Below, piece by piece: positions 28,080 to 30,750 of a DNA stretch of 30,750 nt (positions are counted from its first letter, which is position 1; each line of letters begins with the position of its first letter). The stretch is from the UHGV virus genome UHGV-1468954. The stretch is one strand, 5' to 3'. Source of the DNA: a virus. The position numbers and the translations under genes are program-made. The notes below the pieces were generated by a model. The model was not told the origin of the DNA. It saw only the letters and a list, made by a program, of their open reading frames with translations, and made no database searches.

Positions 28080-28343
28080 ATGGACGAGAAAATTAAATCA
28101 TTGAAGCCAGGAATTGTTATCAGAGACATAAGTGGTTATTACGATACAGAGACATATGATATTTTATATGTGCATGCAGATGGAAAATGTCAGTATTCGA
28201 ACGACATTTTTAATAATAAAGGCGATGCCGAAATTGCTGCCACCACAGTTAATAAAGAGCTCGTAGCTAACGAGTCGTGGGATTATTTTATGCCATCATC
28301 CACTTCTATGAACTGGAAAGTGGTTTTGTACATTCCATCATAA
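28080..28343 (+). CDS. Hypothetical protein (87 aa), early-left operon
   Basis: GAGGTGA RBS 3 nt upstream of the ATG; no family recognised; sits in the position held by ea10/ral in lambda. Confidence 0.5.
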   Translation: MDEKIKSLKPGIVIRDISGYYDTETYDILYVHADGKCQYSNDIFNNKGDAEIAATTVNKELVANESWDYFMPSSTSMNWKVVLYIPS

Positions 28344-28384
28344 TTGTAGCTGCCGTTCAAAAATGAAAGTAAATCTAACATCAC

Positions 28385-28408
28385 AGGCCGCATAGTCGGC
28401 CTTCTTTT
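28385..28408 (+). terminator. Intrinsic terminator (tL2-like, first of a tandem pair)
   Basis: AGGCCG-CATAGT-CGGCCT followed by TCTTTT. Confidence 0.55.
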
Positions 28409-28527
28409 GGCATAAACAACAGAATAAACACTGCACTGTGTATTCATTCCAACGAGTGAATACACTGAGCAATGTCGCTCGTAACTAAACAGGAGCCGAC
28501 TTGTTCTGATTGTTGGAAATCTTCTTT

Positions 28528-28553
28528 GCCCTCCAGTGTGAGGGCCTTTTTAT
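28528..28553 (+). terminator. Intrinsic terminator (second of the tandem pair)
   Basis: GCCCTC-CAGTGT-GAGGGC followed by CTTTTTAT. Confidence 0.6.
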
Positions 28554-28614
28554 ATGCATACCAATAACGCTTCACTCGAGGCGTTTTTCGTTATGTATAA
28601 ATAAGGAGCACACC

Positions 28615-28755
28615 ATGCAATATGCCATTGCAGGGTGTCCTGTTGCTGGCTGCCCTTCCGAATCTTTACTTGAACGAATCACACGTAAATTACGTGATGG
28701 ATGGAAACGCCTTATCGACATACTTAATCAGCCAGGAGTTCCCAAGAATGGATAA
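28615..28755 (+). CDS. cIII: CIII-like protein (46 aa, C-terminally shorter than lambda CIII)
   Basis: Internal start of track ORF 28510..28755 with an AAGGAG RBS; MQYAIAGCPVAGCPSESLLERITRKLRDGWKRLIDILNQPGVPKNG matches lambda CIII residues 1-46 (memory). Confidence 0.75.
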   Translation: MQYAIAGCPVAGCPSESLLERITRKLRDGWKRLIDILNQPGVPKNG

Positions 28756-28861
28756 AACACTTATGGCTATCCAGACTAAATTCACTATCGCCACTTTTAT
28801 TGGCGATGAAAAGATGTTTCGTGAAGCCGTAGAAGCCTACAGAAAATGGAGGTCAAAATGA
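28748..28861 (+). CDS. kil: Kil-like small protein (37 aa)
   Basis: MDKTLMAIQTKFTIATFIGDEKMFREAVEAYRKWRSK; starts 8 nt before the cIII stop, as kil follows cIII in lambda. Similarity to lambda Kil is from memory only. Confidence 0.5.
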   Translation: MDKTLMAIQTKFTIATFIGDEKMFREAVEAYRKWRSK

Positions 28862-29046
28862 TTCCGGTAGAACTGGCGAAAACCCCAGAGTTAAGCCGAT
28901 TAAAAAGAGAGTATCACATTGCTGAGGCTCGTTACTGGCGTAAAGCGGGAGATAAATCAAAGAAACAACTTTGCTTATGGCAGGCACAAAGAGAGCGCAT
29001 GAATGAGCGCAAATTTCTTTCCGCCCCATCCGAATTACCATTCTGA
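28858..29046 (+). CDS. Hypothetical basic protein (62 aa)
   Basis: Start ATG overlaps the kil-like stop as ATGA, with GGAGG 6 nt upstream; not Gam-like. Confidence 0.45.
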   Translation: MIPVELAKTPELSRLKREYHIAEARYWRKAGDKSKKQLCLWQAQRERMNERKFLSAPSELPF

Positions 29047-29054
29047 GGTGAATT

Positions 29055-29735
29055 ATGGGAACTGCGACATTAATACTCGGTGAGTCTGGCACCGGAAAAT
29101 CAACCAGCATGAGAAATATCAATCCAGAGGAAGCAATACTTATAAAACCAATAGGCAAGCCGCTACCATTTAAATCAAAAGACTGGCTTGCATGGGATGC
29201 CAGAGCAAAAAAAGGAACCGTAGTTACCACTGACAAATGGGACGTAATAGTTGCTGTAATTAAGCGTGCTCACGAATACGGAAAAAGAATCGTTATTGTT
29301 GATGACTTCCAGTATGTGATGAGCAATGAGTTTATGCGCCGCTCAGAAGAAAAATCGTTTGATAAATTTACTGAGATAGGCCGCCACGCATGGGAGGTGA
29401 TTAAGGCTGCACAGGATGCACCTGATGACCTGAGAGTCTATTTTCTTGCGCACACAGAAGAAACCCCTATGGGGCGCGTGAAAATGAAAACTATCGGCAA
29501 AATGCTGGACGAGAAAATCACTGTCGAAGGCATGTTTACTATAGTTCTTCGCACCCTTACCCGTGATGACCAGTTCTTTTTCACCACGAAAAACAACGGT
29601 GCAGACACTGTTAAATCCCCAATGGGAATGTTTGATTCCAATGAGATTGATAACGATCTCTCTTTTGTCGATGCCACTGTTTGTGATTACTACGGCATCA
29701 ATAATGTTCATCAAATTAAGGAAAACGCCGCATGA
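29055..29735 (+). CDS. Sak4-like RecA-fold ATPase (AAA_24-type), putative recombinase
   Basis: 226 aa; Walker A ILGESGTGKST at the N-terminus, Walker B RIVIVDDF; occupies the recombination slot of the pL operon. Confidence 0.6.
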   Translation: MGTATLILGESGTGKSTSMRNINPEEAILIKPIGKPLPFKSKDWLAWDARAKKGTVVTTDKWDVIVAVIKRAHEYGKRIVIVDDFQYVMSNEFMRRSEEKSFDKFTEIGRHAWEVIKAAQDAPDDLRVYFLAHTEETPMGRVKMKTIGKMLDEKITVEGMFTIVLRTLTRDDQFFFTTKNNGADTVKSPMGMFDSNEIDNDLSFVDATVCDYYGINNVHQIKENAA

Positions 29736-30319
29736 GCAACGTGATTTTTACTTATAACGAAGAAGCAGCACTGACAGCAGGGCAAGGTGGTTTTATTAAC
29801 GAAACTGGCGCTCATATCATTACCATTACTGAAGCAGAACTCAAGCAATCAGAAAAAGGCGCAAAATTTATTGAGTTTTCTGGCGAATCCGACGACGGAC
29901 GTAAAATCCAATATCTTAGCGTCTGCGTTCAGAAAAATGACGGAACGGAAAACAAATTTGGCGCAAATGTCGTTCACGCCATGATGGGGTGTGCCGGGAT
30001 TGGGCAGTTAACGCAACATATGATTTCCGTCAGTAAATTTGTTGCACCTGAATTTCATGGAAAGAAAATCGGGTTGGTGCTCCAGAAAGTATTAACCACA
30101 AACAAAAAGACTGGCGCAGACAGCTACCAGATGGAAATACGCATCCCGTTTATTGCACAAACTGGTCAAACCCTTAAAGAAAAGGCGGAAGGCAAGCAAC
30201 CAGAAACTATCGCCAACATGGTTGCCAGTCTCAAAGATAAAGACAATCGCTCTAAAAACGTAATCCAGAATCATGCAGATGATTATGGTTACAGCCAGAA
30301 CGATTACCCTCCTTTCTGA
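29732..30319 (+). CDS. Hypothetical partner protein (195 aa) with acidic/aromatic C-terminal tail; candidate ssDNA-binding partner
   Basis: 4-nt overlap with the ATPase gene; C-terminus ...HADDYGYSQNDYPPF resembles the acidic tail ending in Phe of phage SSB-like proteins. The function is inferred. Confidence 0.4.
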   Translation: MSNVIFTYNEEAALTAGQGGFINETGAHIITITEAELKQSEKGAKFIEFSGESDDGRKIQYLSVCVQKNDGTENKFGANVVHAMMGCAGIGQLTQHMISVSKFVAPEFHGKKIGLVLQKVLTTNKKTGADSYQMEIRIPFIAQTGQTLKEKAEGKQPETIANMVASLKDKDNRSKNVIQNHADDYGYSQNDYPPF

Positions 30320-30342
30320 TTACTGAAAATAAGGCTCCCATT

Positions 30343-30639
30343 ATGCCAGCGCCTCTGTATGGTGCGGATGACCCGCGCAACTGCTCCGGTAGCTCCAAGG
30401 CGGAGGTGCTGGAAAATATCAAAAACAATTTCGACACGTTTATTGCCCTGACACCAGAAACAAAAGCAGAACGGATGTACCGACGCGATATACAGCTCGC
30501 GTTAAAAGATGAGAGGGACCGAACAAACGAAACAGCAATGCGACCGTTGCGAAAAGCGACAATAGACAAATTCCCTGAATATATCGACCCGCGCCTGCGT
30601 AATTACCGCTCACGCTATGGCGCTATCAGTAATGACTGA
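30343..30639 (+). CDS. Hypothetical protein (98 aa)
   Basis: Same-strand ORF continuing the early-left operon; no family recognised. Confidence 0.4.
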   Translation: MPAPLYGADDPRNCSGSSKAEVLENIKNNFDTFIALTPETKAERMYRRDIQLALKDERDRTNETAMRPLRKATIDKFPEYIDPRLRNYRSRYGAISND

Positions 30640-30750
30640 GGAATTTACCATGAGAGGACTTGCTTAAGAGAAAGAGTTTCGGTTCTGTTAATGACAACAA
30701 ATATCTGAATGCGATGTGGCGGAGTGGGAAGAAATGAAACAAATGTCACT

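Overview
The window is one contiguous temperate-phage (prophage) segment, inverted relative to the standard lambda map, and it is a mosaic. Positions 1-17000 carry a P22-like morphogenesis module on the minus strand: Rha-like orf201, orf80, TerS, TerL, portal, scaffold, coat, gp4, gp10, gp26 needle, gp14, gp7, gp20, gp16, then a partial tailspike running off the window start. Positions 17300-27900 carry a lambda-type lysis, late-control, nin, replication and immunity core: Rz/Rz1, R, S, pR', Q, ninH, rusA, ybcO-like, ninF, ninE, ninB, ren, P, O with ori iterons, cII, OOP, nutR, cro, oR, cI, oL/pL, nutL and a divergent N. Positions 27900-30750 carry the pL early-left operon on the plus strand: small ORFs, cIII-like, kil-like, then a Sak4-like ATPase with a partner protein in place of Red. 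No rRNA, tRNA, CRISPR array, integrase or att site was seen. The best candidates for an undescribed system are the accessory insertions at classical exclusion/defence positions: (1) a two-gene cassette (126 aa + 33 aa) replacing rexAB directly downstream of cI; (2) a divergent gene pair (322 aa cytoplasmic + 129 aa secreted) at the P22 sieA position, with four evenly spaced ATGC-WW-GCAT palindromes between them; (3) an orphan Mnt repressor whose operator-like palindrome abuts the tailspike gene, with arc and ant absent; (4) three small genes inserted between ren and ninB. All identifications rest on reading the ORF translations and on remembered reference sequences; no database search was run. 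Regulatory-site coordinates read directly from the sequence are approximate (a few bp).
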